A DNA stretch of 41,804 nt from a virus. Taxonomy: Duplodnaviria > Caudoviricetes. Position 1 is the stretch's first letter. Every line of letters begins with the position of its first letter. The DNA is taken from positions 1-41,804 of IMG/VR virus record IMGVR_UViG_3300022591_000022; one strand, given 5' to 3'. Both the position numbers and the translations under genes were made by a program. A model generated the notes under the pieces. The model had not been told where the DNA came from and searched no databases. It saw nothing but the letters and a program-made list of their open reading frames with translations. Of this stretch, positions 29,703 to 38,286 are shown one piece after another.

Positions 29703-30035
29703 TTATGATATCTCTACAAAACTAACTACAACGTCTAAACTTGATGCACGATCACTAACAATTCTTAGTGATGTGTTTTGTGGCAAAATCAATTTCTCAC
29801 CATTTGTTATCAATTTTAAAGAGGTGTTTGGTGGGATTGGTATATTTCGAATATAAGTTCCCGGGGTGCTACTTGCATCAACTACATATGCACTAACGTT
29901 GATAGTGTCATATTCTGTAGTATTAGCTAGATTACAACCAATTACTGTTACTCTGAAACCGGTATCAACAGCTACTACATCAACTGGTGTAGTTCCAATT
30001 AAAGTACTTACTTGATGTTTAAATGATGTAGTCAT
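29703..30035 (-). CDS. Small virion adaptor-like protein (110 aa)
   Basis: MTTSFK...VIGCNLAN...IPPNTSL...GEKLIL...SLDVVVSFVEI. Confidence 0.65.
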   Translation of the reverse strand: MTTSFKHQVSTLIGTTPVDVVAVDTGFRVTVIGCNLANTTEYDTINVSAYVVDASSTPGTYIRNIPIPPNTSLKLITNGEKLILPQNTSLRIVSDRASSLDVVVSFVEIS

Positions 30036-30041
30036 TTCTTT

Positions 30042-31097
30042 TTATCCTAGAGTCAATGCGAATCTGATTGCAATATCGTTTGCAGTTCCTTCAGATACCG
30101 CACCTGTTTGTCCTGATGGACTTTGCCAACTAGCACCATCGAAAATTTCTAATGCTTTTGAATCAGTATTGTATCGTGTCATACCTTCAACAGCATAAAG
30201 TGTTGGTCTATCAGCCGTGGTTCCTACTGGCGGAACAAATCCGTTTGTACCTGCAATTTTAAAATAGCCAGTACCTGTATGACGCAATTCAGAAACTCCG
30301 CCGGTTAAAGTATTTGTAATTGTGTTGTCACGGACAGCAAAATTTCCTAATACAATATTTCCAGTTCCGTTAGCATCTAAAACTAAATCTTGTCCGCCGA
30401 TTGTTGTAAGTGTGTTATCATGTAATGATAAATTTCCTACTTGGAATGTGCTTAGACTTAGTGTTGTTGCAAATAAACCAACAGCGTAGATGTTGCGCCA
30501 TTTTTTTGCATCTGAACCTAAATCGTATGTGTTATTAGTCTGTGGTATTAGACTGCTATTTAGACTAGCGTTGATTGTAATAGTGTCTGTATTTTGATAA
30601 CCAATAATCAAGTTGCCTTGAATAGTAATATTGCCGTCAGCATTGATATTACCAGTAACGTTTAAGTCACCTGTTACCTTTGTAGACGATTGAATATCAA
30701 CAATGCCCGTACCATTAGGGCGCAATTCTAAATTTGCATTAGATGATGTTGTTGATATTTTATTACCATTTAGCTCTAGATCATTTACAATAAGTCTAGA
30801 ATGGTAAGCTGTAGCTTCACCGCCTGATGCAACAAAGCTGATAGTTGGCAAATTGCTGGAAATTGTGTTGCCGGTAACTGTGAAGTTGCCAACATTCAAT
30901 TGATTTGTTACTTGTAAATTTGTAGTACGTGCAGTACCAACAATGTCTAAGGCGTGTTGTGGGGCAGCAGAATTTATTCCGATCCTGGAGTTTACTACAT
31001 CAAGATAAAGTAGGTCGGTCTCAAAGGCTAAATTCACACCATCTCTGATGAGATTAGACTTTAAGAGCGGCCCGGAAATTCGACCAATTTGCGCCAT
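30042..31097 (-). CDS. Fibre-like virion protein (351 aa), paralogue of 31218-32312
   Basis: GRISGPLLKSNLIR...LLYLDV, (N/D)L-x-L-x-x-NGTG repeats, PVGTTADRP...RYNTD, C-terminal FALTLG. Confidence 0.7.
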   Translation of the reverse strand: MAQIGRISGPLLKSNLIRDGVNLAFETDLLYLDVVNSRIGINSAAPQHALDIVGTARTTNLQVTNQLNVGNFTVTGNTISSNLPTISFVASGGEATAYHSRLIVNDLELNGNKISTTSSNANLELRPNGTGIVDIQSSTKVTGDLNVTGNINADGNITIQGNLIIGYQNTDTITINASLNSSLIPQTNNTYDLGSDAKKWRNIYAVGLFATTLSLSTFQVGNLSLHDNTLTTIGGQDLVLDANGTGNIVLGNFAVRDNTITNTLTGGVSELRHTGTGYFKIAGTNGFVPPVGTTADRPTLYAVEGMTRYNTDSKALEIFDGASWQSPSGQTGAVSEGTANDIAIRFALTLG

Positions 31098-31192
31098 GCT
31101 CTCTCCTTAGACACCGTGTTTCACGGATAACCACCTTACATTGCGGGTTTACCACAGTTGAGTATCGCAAAAACTTGGTCAGTCTTTGCAGT
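31098..31192 (-). ncRNA. Candidate structured 5' leader (three hairpins, possible pseudoknot)
   Basis: Stems at 31166-31190, 31142-31156 and 31114-31126 between the late promoter and an AAGGAG SD. Confidence 0.45.
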
Positions 31193-31197
31193 AATAG

Positions 31198-31204
31198 TAT
31201 TTAC
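31198..31204 (-). promoter_or_regulatory. T4-like late promoter (GTAAATA)
   Basis: TAAATA core just after the stop of 31218-32312. Confidence 0.6.
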
Positions 31205-31217
31205 CTTTTATGGAAAA

Positions 31218-32312
31218 TTAGCCTAACATGAGAGCGTAAATGTCGCCTAATTCTTCCATTAGTTTTGGTGTTATAACAACACCACCACCAGTTGCTACTT
31301 GATAAACAGTACCGTCATAACACTCCAACCATCCTTGTGTAGTGTTCCAACGAGTTTCGCCTGTTTCAGTGTATCCACGTTGAGCATCAGTACCTACTGG
31401 AATTCTCATACCGGCATTGTCGGCAACTTTTAAATATCCTGTGGCTGCACTATAAAATACTGTAGGTGTGTTGTTAGCAGAGTTTGTTATTACATTTCCG
31501 TTTATCACAAACTTTTCTAATTTAACATTTCCTGAACTAGATGCAAACACTAGATCGTTATTGCTTTCTACTGTAGAAACGGTGTTTCCAGTCAATAACA
31601 ATTGATCACTAACTAGCACTCGTTGAGTAACTACATTTTCTGCTCCAGGAATACCTACAAGATAAATGCTTTCCCATGCTTTATCGGCAGCTCCTAAGTC
31701 GTAGGTTCTGCTTGCTCCAGGGATTAGATCTTGTGTGAAATCGGGTTGAATGGAAACAGTATCTAAAGGAGAATCACCAATAATAAACTGTCCATTGAGT
31801 CTTACATCGCCGCCGGTTGTTATTGCTCCGGTTACTTCTACGTTACCAGTAACTCTAGAAGTTCTTTGTAGATCTACAAAACCAGTACCGTGTGCTTGTA
31901 ATGCAAGATTAGTGTTTGCTGTTGATACTTTGATATAATTGTCTTTTAACTCTAACTGAGTATTCAATACTTTGCCGTATCTTACATACGCATCCGCACC
32001 AGTAGGGGCAATAATAATTGGACCTAGTGCAGTTGTTACACTTCCATTAGTATTAAAAATAATTTCATTTAAAGTTGCTGAGGTTCCTGTGACTATAAAG
32101 TCTTGCGTAACTTTACCGTCTCCTACAACTTCAAATGCTAGTGCAGGAGTATCTTTGTTTACGCTGATACGTTTATTAGTTACATCTAAATATAAAAGAT
32201 CAGTATCTGTAGGACCGTTCCTAAATGTAAGATCATACCCGTTTCTAATAAGATTGTCAGAAAGTAATGGTCCGCTTACTCGACCTAGTGATGCAACGTA
32301 TGGATCTGGCAT
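31218..32312 (-). CDS. Fibre-like virion protein (364 aa)
   Basis: GRVSGPLLSDNLIR...LLYLDV, IPVGTDAQR...RWNT, C-terminal YALMLG. Confidence 0.7.
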   Translation of the reverse strand: MPDPYVASLGRVSGPLLSDNLIRNGYDLTFRNGPTDTDLLYLDVTNKRISVNKDTPALAFEVVGDGKVTQDFIVTGTSATLNEIIFNTNGSVTTALGPIIIAPTGADAYVRYGKVLNTQLELKDNYIKVSTANTNLALQAHGTGFVDLQRTSRVTGNVEVTGAITTGGDVRLNGQFIIGDSPLDTVSIQPDFTQDLIPGASRTYDLGAADKAWESIYLVGIPGAENVVTQRVLVSDQLLLTGNTVSTVESNNDLVFASSSGNVKLEKFVINGNVITNSANNTPTVFYSAATGYLKVADNAGMRIPVGTDAQRGYTETGETRWNTTQGWLECYDGTVYQVATGGGVVITPKLMEELGDIYALMLG

Positions 32313-32330
32313 GTTCGCTCCTATGTAAGG

Positions 32331-32843
32331 TTAGTCAGCGAAGCCACTTAGGATAGTAATGTATTTGTCCAAAGGAACTGGGCTGGCAAATTGTAAGTAT
32401 GTTCCAGCTGGATGTCCACCTGGATTAGTTACTAGTGTGTAGTTAGTGTCGGAGATTTGTAATACGTTTTCTACCAACACTAAAATGTTATTTGCAGATT
32501 CAGGAGTTGTGATACCTGCTTCTAAAGGACCAAACAATGTTTGTGTGTAATCACCGGGACCAAGAGTCATTTTAGTAATTGCACTTGCACCAGGTGCTCT
32601 AACAACTTCCCATGTACCACCTACATACGCTTCAATCCAATTGTGATCAGTATTGTATCTGATAAATCCGTTTGGACCACCGGTAGTTCTAACGCCTGTT
32701 AGGTTAGGGCGTTGAGCAGTTGTACCTTTAGGTAGTCTCAATGCTCCTTTCATTTCCATCACAGCACGACCGTACAAATTTGAAAACAGTGTTTGATCTG
32801 TTGGACTAAACTTTGAAAGAGTTTTTGCTTTAAGGAATTTCAT
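32331..32843 (-). CDS. Virion structural protein (170 aa)
   Basis: LPKGTTAQRP...IRYNTD...W module plus an ILVLVENVLQ...YTL...F..P domain. Confidence 0.65.
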   Translation of the reverse strand: MKFLKAKTLSKFSPTDQTLFSNLYGRAVMEMKGALRLPKGTTAQRPNLTGVRTTGGPNGFIRYNTDHNWIEAYVGGTWEVVRAPGASAITKMTLGPGDYTQTLFGPLEAGITTPESANNILVLVENVLQISDTNYTLVTNPGGHPAGTYLQFASPVPLDKYITILSGFAD

Positions 32844-33208
32844 ACCGCCAATGCGCTCACTGTTATGCTTAAAAGATTTGATGCTGTTGATGTGGCTCTA
32901 ATTTGATCTCCAGAATTTAAAACAATTCTTTCATCGCTAAAGAATACTGTTTCACCTGCTGGAATTGTTAAATGCGTCACAATTGTATTTGTTGCAGAAC
33001 TAACAGAACCGCTAGGAACTAAGTTTATTGTTAAATCTGCAGAGTTTACAGATTCATCTGTTAAATTTGGTGTACCTGTGTTGCATACAATTATTGATGT
33101 AACAGCAGAAGTTTGACCGACTACACCGCCTGTGATAGGGGCGCCTGTAGTACTACTAGTAAACACTAGCGTATCTCCTGTTGTTGAAAGTCTTGTGCTG
33201 TATATCAT
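32840..33208 (-). CDS. Small virion adaptor-like protein (122 aa)
   Basis: TSIIVCN...IPAGET...ERIVLNSGDQI...LSITVS. Confidence 0.65.
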   Translation of the reverse strand: MIYSTRLSTTGDTLVFTSSTTGAPITGGVVGQTSAVTSIIVCNTGTPNLTDESVNSADLTINLVPSGSVSSATNTIVTHLTIPAGETVFFSDERIVLNSGDQIRATSTASNLLSITVSALAV

Positions 33209-33219
33209 GTTTTTATCTC

Positions 33220-34224
33220 TTAAAATATCATACTGAACACCAGTGCTTTGTTTTTACTAATCACTTCATCAGTTTTAAATGTATTAGTAAAACGCAATCC
33301 TGTATCACCTGGTCCAATGGTTCCACCATATAACAAGGTAGAATTAAAGACTGATGCTGGAGTAAGACCGCTGTTGTTATATTGTACTGCATAGGTAACT
33401 TCAACTTTACCTGTACCGTTTGTTTCTAGTTTAATATTTGCATTAGTGTTTGTTGTTTGAATCACTGATGCATTTGGAATATATTGATTATAAGGAGTTG
33501 GAGATTCTGTAAAGAATGTTAGTCCAGCTGCCTGATATCTATTTTTAAAGAATGTGCCAACAATGTTATCGTCAACAATAATTGCAACTTGGCTTTCTAA
33601 TGGTTGTACATAGTACGGACCTATTGGAAATAAACCTGATTCTACAGGTTGATCAAGGTCAAATGCAATAACACGAGTGTTATCTCGTTTAATTTGGAAT
33701 GTCGGTGATGTTTGAATAGCTACGTCAACGTATTTCTTGTTTGGAATGTCGTCATCGTCTGTTACTTGATTTTCGTAATTGTTTGTTCCTGTAACTTTAA
33801 CAACTCCTGTACCTGAGCCAATTAAAGTTAAATCGCCGGTGTCAGTATCAGCGTTAGTTAAAATCTCTCTAAGACGCAAACTACTATTGACAAAACTATA
33901 ACCACTTAGTGCTGTACCTTCGCCGATGTTCCATGAATGATCATGTTCATCATAAACAAATGCTGTCTTTATTAAACTACCGCGATCAACTTCAATACCA
34001 GAATAACGAAGAGTTACTCCGGCACCTGTTTCACCATAGTTCAACGTAATAATATTATCGTGAACTTGTAAGTTGGTAGTGGAGACGGTCAATGTTTCAC
34101 CGTTCACTACCAAATTACCTGTTACTAAAACTTCGCCAACCTTAGGACCGGTATCTAGAGTAATTCTAGCACCGTCTTTGGCTTTTATATTATAATCGCC
34201 GTTGACTTGTATTACCTGTCCCAT
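33220..34224 (-). CDS. Fibre-like virion protein (334 aa)
   Basis: VTGNLVVNGET..VSTTNLQVHDNIITLN...SGIEVDRGS motif, IPNKKYVD, C-terminal ALVFSMIF. Confidence 0.65.
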   Translation of the reverse strand: MGQVIQVNGDYNIKAKDGARITLDTGPKVGEVLVTGNLVVNGETLTVSTTNLQVHDNIITLNYGETGAGVTLRYSGIEVDRGSLIKTAFVYDEHDHSWNIGEGTALSGYSFVNSSLRLREILTNADTDTGDLTLIGSGTGVVKVTGTNNYENQVTDDDDIPNKKYVDVAIQTSPTFQIKRDNTRVIAFDLDQPVESGLFPIGPYYVQPLESQVAIIVDDNIVGTFFKNRYQAAGLTFFTESPTPYNQYIPNASVIQTTNTNANIKLETNGTGKVEVTYAVQYNNSGLTPASVFNSTLLYGGTIGPGDTGLRFTNTFKTDEVISKNKALVFSMIF

Positions 34225-34238
34225 GTCGGTTCCTTAAA

Positions 34239-34919
34239 TTACATTACTGTAAGAACTGGTGTCAACGAGATGTAATCTGCTGACGAATCGTTGTTTAAAA
34301 ACCAAGTGTACTTTACTTCATCGTGGTTAGTAGCGGCATTGCTGTTTTCACTGTTCTGGAAACCAAGTGCATTTAACACTGGGCTTGATGGAAAACCATA
34401 TGCTAATCTGCGTGTTAGTTTACGGATAGAAACTAGGTTAGCTGTAACCTGTGCGCCTTGACCTGTGCCAGCTGTATTATAACCTTGAATTAGAATTTCA
34501 CCGTTAGCATTTGGAGTTGTATCAACTGTTGTACCAGTTACATAAGCACCTGTGTGATACAATGTTACACCTGTGTTAGTAGCCGTTGCATTTACATTTA
34601 GGGTAATAGTTGCGGCTGTTGAATCGTAAGCGGCTATTACTGCGCCTGTTGGAATACCTGTACCTGCAATTTCTTCGCCAACATCAACAGATGTAAAGCT
34701 AGATACGTTGCTGATAGTTGGACTACCGTTTGCTACATCACCGGTCATAGTAACCAAACGTGCTACTACAAAAGTTTGAGCACCACGTTGTTTAACTAAA
34801 ATATAATCTGTGTTTAATGCACCACCAAAATATCCGCTTACACGAATACCAGAGTTGCCGTTTCTATAGTTGCCTAGTACTGTTGTACCAAACACATCTT
34901 TCTTTAATGGACGTCCCAT
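34239..34919 (-). CDS. Putative virion protein (226 aa)
   Basis: MGRPLKK start, strong AAGGAG SD, internal VGxxIxGTGIPxGAVI module, own late promoter. Confidence 0.6.
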   Translation of the reverse strand: MGRPLKKDVFGTTVLGNYRNGNSGIRVSGYFGGALNTDYILVKQRGAQTFVVARLVTMTGDVANGSPTISNVSSFTSVDVGEEIAGTGIPTGAVIAAYDSTAATITLNVNATATNTGVTLYHTGAYVTGTTVDTTPNANGEILIQGYNTAGTGQGAQVTANLVSIRKLTRRLAYGFPSSPVLNALGFQNSENSNAATNHDEVKYTWFLNNDSSADYISLTPVLTVM

Positions 34920-34938
34920 TTTGTTTCTCCTTTAATTT

Positions 34939-35004
34939 GACGTTCTAGGTCTACGAGGATGGTTACCCCATAAGTCTTGCCGAATTACAAGCTCTTTAAT
35001 AGAC
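34939..35004 (-). ncRNA. Candidate structured 5' leader (multibranch junction)
   Basis: GTCTA/TAGAC and GAG/CTC close two hairpins, CTTGT/GCAAG and ATGG/CCAT. Confidence 0.45.
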
Positions 35005-35008
35005 AATG

Positions 35009-35015
35009 TATTTAT
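35009..35015 (-). promoter_or_regulatory. T4-like late promoter (ATAAATA)
   Basis: Overlaps the stop of the 88-aa ORF. Confidence 0.7.
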
Positions 35016-35281
35016 CAACGAGATAGTATTGCCATAAGCTCAATTTTTTCAACTGTTGAAATTACTCTGTTTATATTATCAATTTCTTGTTGTGCTTTTT
35101 CTAAATAAGACTTACTGTGTGTTTGCCTATAATAAACCATTGCAATACTGTGGTTTTGAATATGAGTTTCTATGATGTTTTCAATTTGATTTACATCGTG
35201 TTTAAACATTGGAAACTGTTTACGCCAATGATCAAATTGGTGTCTAAGTTTAGCGAAATCTTTGTCTGTTTCTACCTGCAC
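35015..35281 (-). CDS. Hypothetical helical protein (88 aa)
   Basis: GTG start 4 nt after TAAATA; fills the gap after the capsid terminator. Confidence 0.6.
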   Translation of the reverse strand: MQVETDKDFAKLRHQFDHWRKQFPMFKHDVNQIENIIETHIQNHSIAMVYYRQTHSKSYLEKAQQEIDNINRVISTVEKIELMAILSR

Positions 35282-35285
35282 CTGA

Positions 35286-35292
35286 TATTTAA
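35286..35292 (-). promoter_or_regulatory. T4-like late promoter (TTAAATA)
   Basis: Immediately after the gp23 terminator. Confidence 0.6.
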
Positions 35293-35295
35293 GTC

Positions 35296-35322
35296 AAACA
35301 AAAAGGCTCCGAAGAGCCTTTC
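35296..35322 (-). terminator. Rho-independent terminator after the major capsid gene
   Basis: AAAGGCTC-TTCG-GAGCCTTT followed by TTGTTT; cUUCGg tetraloop typical of T4-like phages. Confidence 0.9.
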
Positions 35323-35345
35323 TGAGTTGCTATTAAAATTGCTAA

Positions 35346-36518
35346 TTAGGCAAATTTCAAGTTGCTTGTAGTTACACCAACTTTAGCTAGGTAGTCAGCG
35401 GCATTACCTAGAGAAGATGCTGTGTTTGTCAACTCAACATAACCATAACGTGTCATGAATGATACGACTGGTTCGAAAGTTGATGGATCAAGTACAACAC
35501 CGCTTGACATCAATGGGATGTATGGGCAGTAGAATGCTGGAGCATCAGACTCAGAAGAGCCTTTGTAACCGATCAATACATCATCAGTTGTTGCGTAGCT
35601 GTTTACAAAAATACGCATTGCGCCATTCAATGTACCAACAAACTTAGTGTTTGTAGGAGCTTCGAATGTACCTTCTGTTGTTCTTGCGAACGCAGAAGTT
35701 GTAGCACTTTGTAGGATGGTCAATGTTGTTGGGGAAACAACAGCATAGTTACCAGCACCACGACGTGTACGCTGAGCGATAATGTTTGAAGCGCGGTTGA
35801 TTTGAACTGCCAATGCGGCATGCTCGTCACCAACGAATGTAGCTGTACCAGAAACAGTGTTTTGGTCATAAGTCAAAACTGTACCAGCCAAGTTATTCAA
35901 CGAACCGATAACTTCTTGATCGATTTCAGCTGTAATTTCTTGTGCTAGAGCAGCCATGATTTCTGCTTCGATGTCAATGCCTTGTTGAGCTTGTGCATCT
36001 TGAGCAGCCTCGAATGTCCAGCGAGCTGACAACTTACGTGTCTTAGCTTCAACTGTTTGTTTCAAGATTTGAATGGACATTCTGTTACCTGCTGTACCTT
36101 CAAGAGCCGCTGTTGTAGCTGCCTTGTCAGTAGCTGCCGCGCCAGAATAGCCTTCAGCAATCTTGAATGGGCTTAGAGCCTCATCACCAGCTGTGATGTC
36201 AGTACCGTTTGCGCTGTTGAAGCTATCTGCATAGCGAACACGCAATGTGTGGATTTGACCAACTGGGCCAGTCATTGGTTGTACACCTACTAACTCGTTA
36301 GCAATAACGGTAGGCATTACACGTCTGATCACTGGAAGGATCACACGATTTAGGGTTGCAACGTTGCCAGCGGATGTTGCGCCAGCTGTGGCAGACTCAG
36401 CCAAATACTTGCGGGTATTTTCTAGAGTGGTTGCCATTACTGTACGCTTAGTACCTTGAAGACCTTCTAAAAGAGCTTCTTTGGTTTCCGACCAGCGTGA
36501 CTCGAGTAATTGTGACAT
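35346..36518 (-). CDS. gp23: Major capsid protein, T4 gp23-like (390 aa)
   Basis: VIRRVMPTVIANELVGVQPMTGPVGQI, VEAKTRKLSARWTFEAAQD, EITAEIDQE, TRRGAGN, FYCPYIPL, FMTRYG. Confidence 0.97.
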   Translation of the reverse strand: MSQLLESRWSETKEALLEGLQGTKRTVMATTLENTRKYLAESATAGATSAGNVATLNRVILPVIRRVMPTVIANELVGVQPMTGPVGQIHTLRVRYADSFNSANGTDITAGDEALSPFKIAEGYSGAAATDKAATTAALEGTAGNRMSIQILKQTVEAKTRKLSARWTFEAAQDAQAQQGIDIEAEIMAALAQEITAEIDQEVIGSLNNLAGTVLTYDQNTVSGTATFVGDEHAALAVQINRASNIIAQRTRRGAGNYAVVSPTTLTILQSATTSAFARTTEGTFEAPTNTKFVGTLNGAMRIFVNSYATTDDVLIGYKGSSESDAPAFYCPYIPLMSSGVVLDPSTFEPVVSFMTRYGYVELTNTASSLGNAADYLAKVGVTTSNLKFA

Positions 36519-36529
36519 TATAGTTCTCC

Positions 36530-37624
36530 TTAAACTTTTAGTCCCGCAAGCCTGCGGATGTCAAAAATCTCAGCGGTTTTTTCTTCGTTTCCGCCGATAG
36601 ATTGTGCCTGCTTATTGCCTGTAATTTCTTTGCCTTCGGTAAGTGCTTTCTTAGCAGGTGTACCGCCATTCATTACTGAAGGGATATACTTGTCAAAAGC
36701 CGCACGTAGCTTTTCTGTTTGTACTGATTCTAATAGCTCGCTCATTACTGTACGCTTATCACCAGTTAAAGGACCTAGCAATTCGCCCATTACTTCACGA
36801 CGTTGTGCTGATTCTTTAATGATACGTAGTTCACGTTCTTTGCTTTCTACTAGTTTGTCTGTTTCTGCAACAATTTTTGCTGCCTCTTCTAATTCCATTT
36901 CTTTCTGCGCAACTACTTTTAATAGTTTTGCTGTTTCAGATTTTTCATTTAGGTGGCTGGCTGCATACTCGCTTGCGAAAGATTCAAAAATTCTGCGACC
37001 AAAGTCATTCTTGCGGGCGGCATTGATATCTTCTTTTAATTGTTTCATTTCAGAACGTAGTCCTTTTGTGACTGTTTCTTCAATGATTGTAGCTGACTGA
37101 GCGATAAAGTCTTTTCTTACTTGCTCAAACTTAGCTTTAGACTCACGTACTAGACGTACTTTAGTTTCTGCTAGGTCTTTCTTGTCAGAATGGAATTCTG
37201 CGATTTCTTTCGCTAGAACGTCCACGATAAAAGATTCTAATTTTGCTACATTGCCTGCAACTGCTTTACGATCTTCGTGTAGTTCAGCAAGTTCTTTACC
37301 CAAGTTATTCATAACGAAAGATTCTAATACTTTAGAATCTTGTGTCATTTTGGCTGCGTAACGAGCTTTGGCTTCAATAAGACCTTGACGGTCTTCAGCA
37401 AACTCTGCTAGTTCGTTTTGTAAACGATCTGTTAGCATAGCTTCTACTGCTTCTACCATTGCTGATTTATCATGCTCATACTTCTGAGCAAATTCTTCAC
37501 GTAGTGTTGCTGTGACTTGTTCACGTGTTTCTGCAATTCTACCTTCCCATGCGGTTTCAATTTCCGATTTGATTTCTTCGGAAATCACATTGTTCTCAAA
37601 CAATTGTTTTACGATATCTAGCAT
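36530..37624 (-). CDS. gp22: Prohead scaffolding/core protein, T4 gp22-like (364 aa)
   Basis: Glu/Lys/Ala-rich coiled coil between protease and capsid; FGRRIFESFASE motif. Confidence 0.85.
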   Translation of the reverse strand: MLDIVKQLFENNVISEEIKSEIETAWEGRIAETREQVTATLREEFAQKYEHDKSAMVEAVEAMLTDRLQNELAEFAEDRQGLIEAKARYAAKMTQDSKVLESFVMNNLGKELAELHEDRKAVAGNVAKLESFIVDVLAKEIAEFHSDKKDLAETKVRLVRESKAKFEQVRKDFIAQSATIIEETVTKGLRSEMKQLKEDINAARKNDFGRRIFESFASEYAASHLNEKSETAKLLKVVAQKEMELEEAAKIVAETDKLVESKERELRIIKESAQRREVMGELLGPLTGDKRTVMSELLESVQTEKLRAAFDKYIPSVMNGGTPAKKALTEGKEITGNKQAQSIGGNEEKTAEIFDIRRLAGLKV

Positions 37625-37641
37625 GTGATTCTCCTACTGGG

Positions 37642-38277
37642 TTATTTGAGACCTTTGATGATTTTCACCAAGCTCTCTGCTATGTACTGCTGTGCCTTTG
37701 GGTCGCCTTGAACTTCTTTTGCTATTCTAAATGCCTGATATCCACCTGTATTATTCATCAAGTGTTCATAAACTGGGGTTGGGTAGGCTCCCGGGGCGCT
37801 TGGTTGAGCTACAACGTCAACGGTAATAATTTCAAAACCTTGAACATTACCTTGCCCGTCTACTTCGCCTGAACCTCTACTACTGACTCCCAACTTGACT
37901 CCCGACTCCAACATGGTCTGAATCAACTGACCCATCGGAGTTGGAAGTATTTTAAGTTTTCCGTAGCCGTTTGGACCGTCCATCCACATTTTAGTAATCA
38001 TGTGACTGACCCTGTCCAAATTGATACGTAAATCTGCAGGATGATCAACTTCACCTAGAACTGAGTAACCACCAGAGATCTGCTCGTTGAGCGTCTTGAC
38101 AGCCTTGCCAATTTCTTGAGAAGAATAAACACGCTGGTTTGCATTTCGGATATCTCCTTGAATGCAAATGCCGTTTAGGTGCAACGACTTCTTGCCGTTG
38201 CCGTCTTCTTCGCTCTCCAATACAATCTTGGCCTGATCATAACTCAAATGTTCTGCTAGGGTAAGTTTATTCACCAT
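37642..38277 (-). CDS. gp21: Prohead protease, T4 gp21-like (211 aa)
   Basis: NANQRVY, LGEVDHP, LGVSSRGSG, DVVAQPSAPGAY. Confidence 0.95.
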   Translation of the reverse strand: MVNKLTLAEHLSYDQAKIVLESEEDGNGKKSLHLNGICIQGDIRNANQRVYSSQEIGKAVKTLNEQISGGYSVLGEVDHPADLRINLDRVSHMITKMWMDGPNGYGKLKILPTPMGQLIQTMLESGVKLGVSSRGSGEVDGQGNVQGFEIITVDVVAQPSAPGAYPTPVYEHLMNNTGGYQAFRIAKEVQGDPKAQQYIAESLVKIIKGLK

Positions 38278-38286
38278 TACTTCCTA

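Noticed and set aside
31105-31185. Hammerhead ribozyme (CTGA...GAAAC...GTC)
   Set aside because: The core reads CTGACCA rather than CUGANGA and the stems do not fit the hammerhead topology
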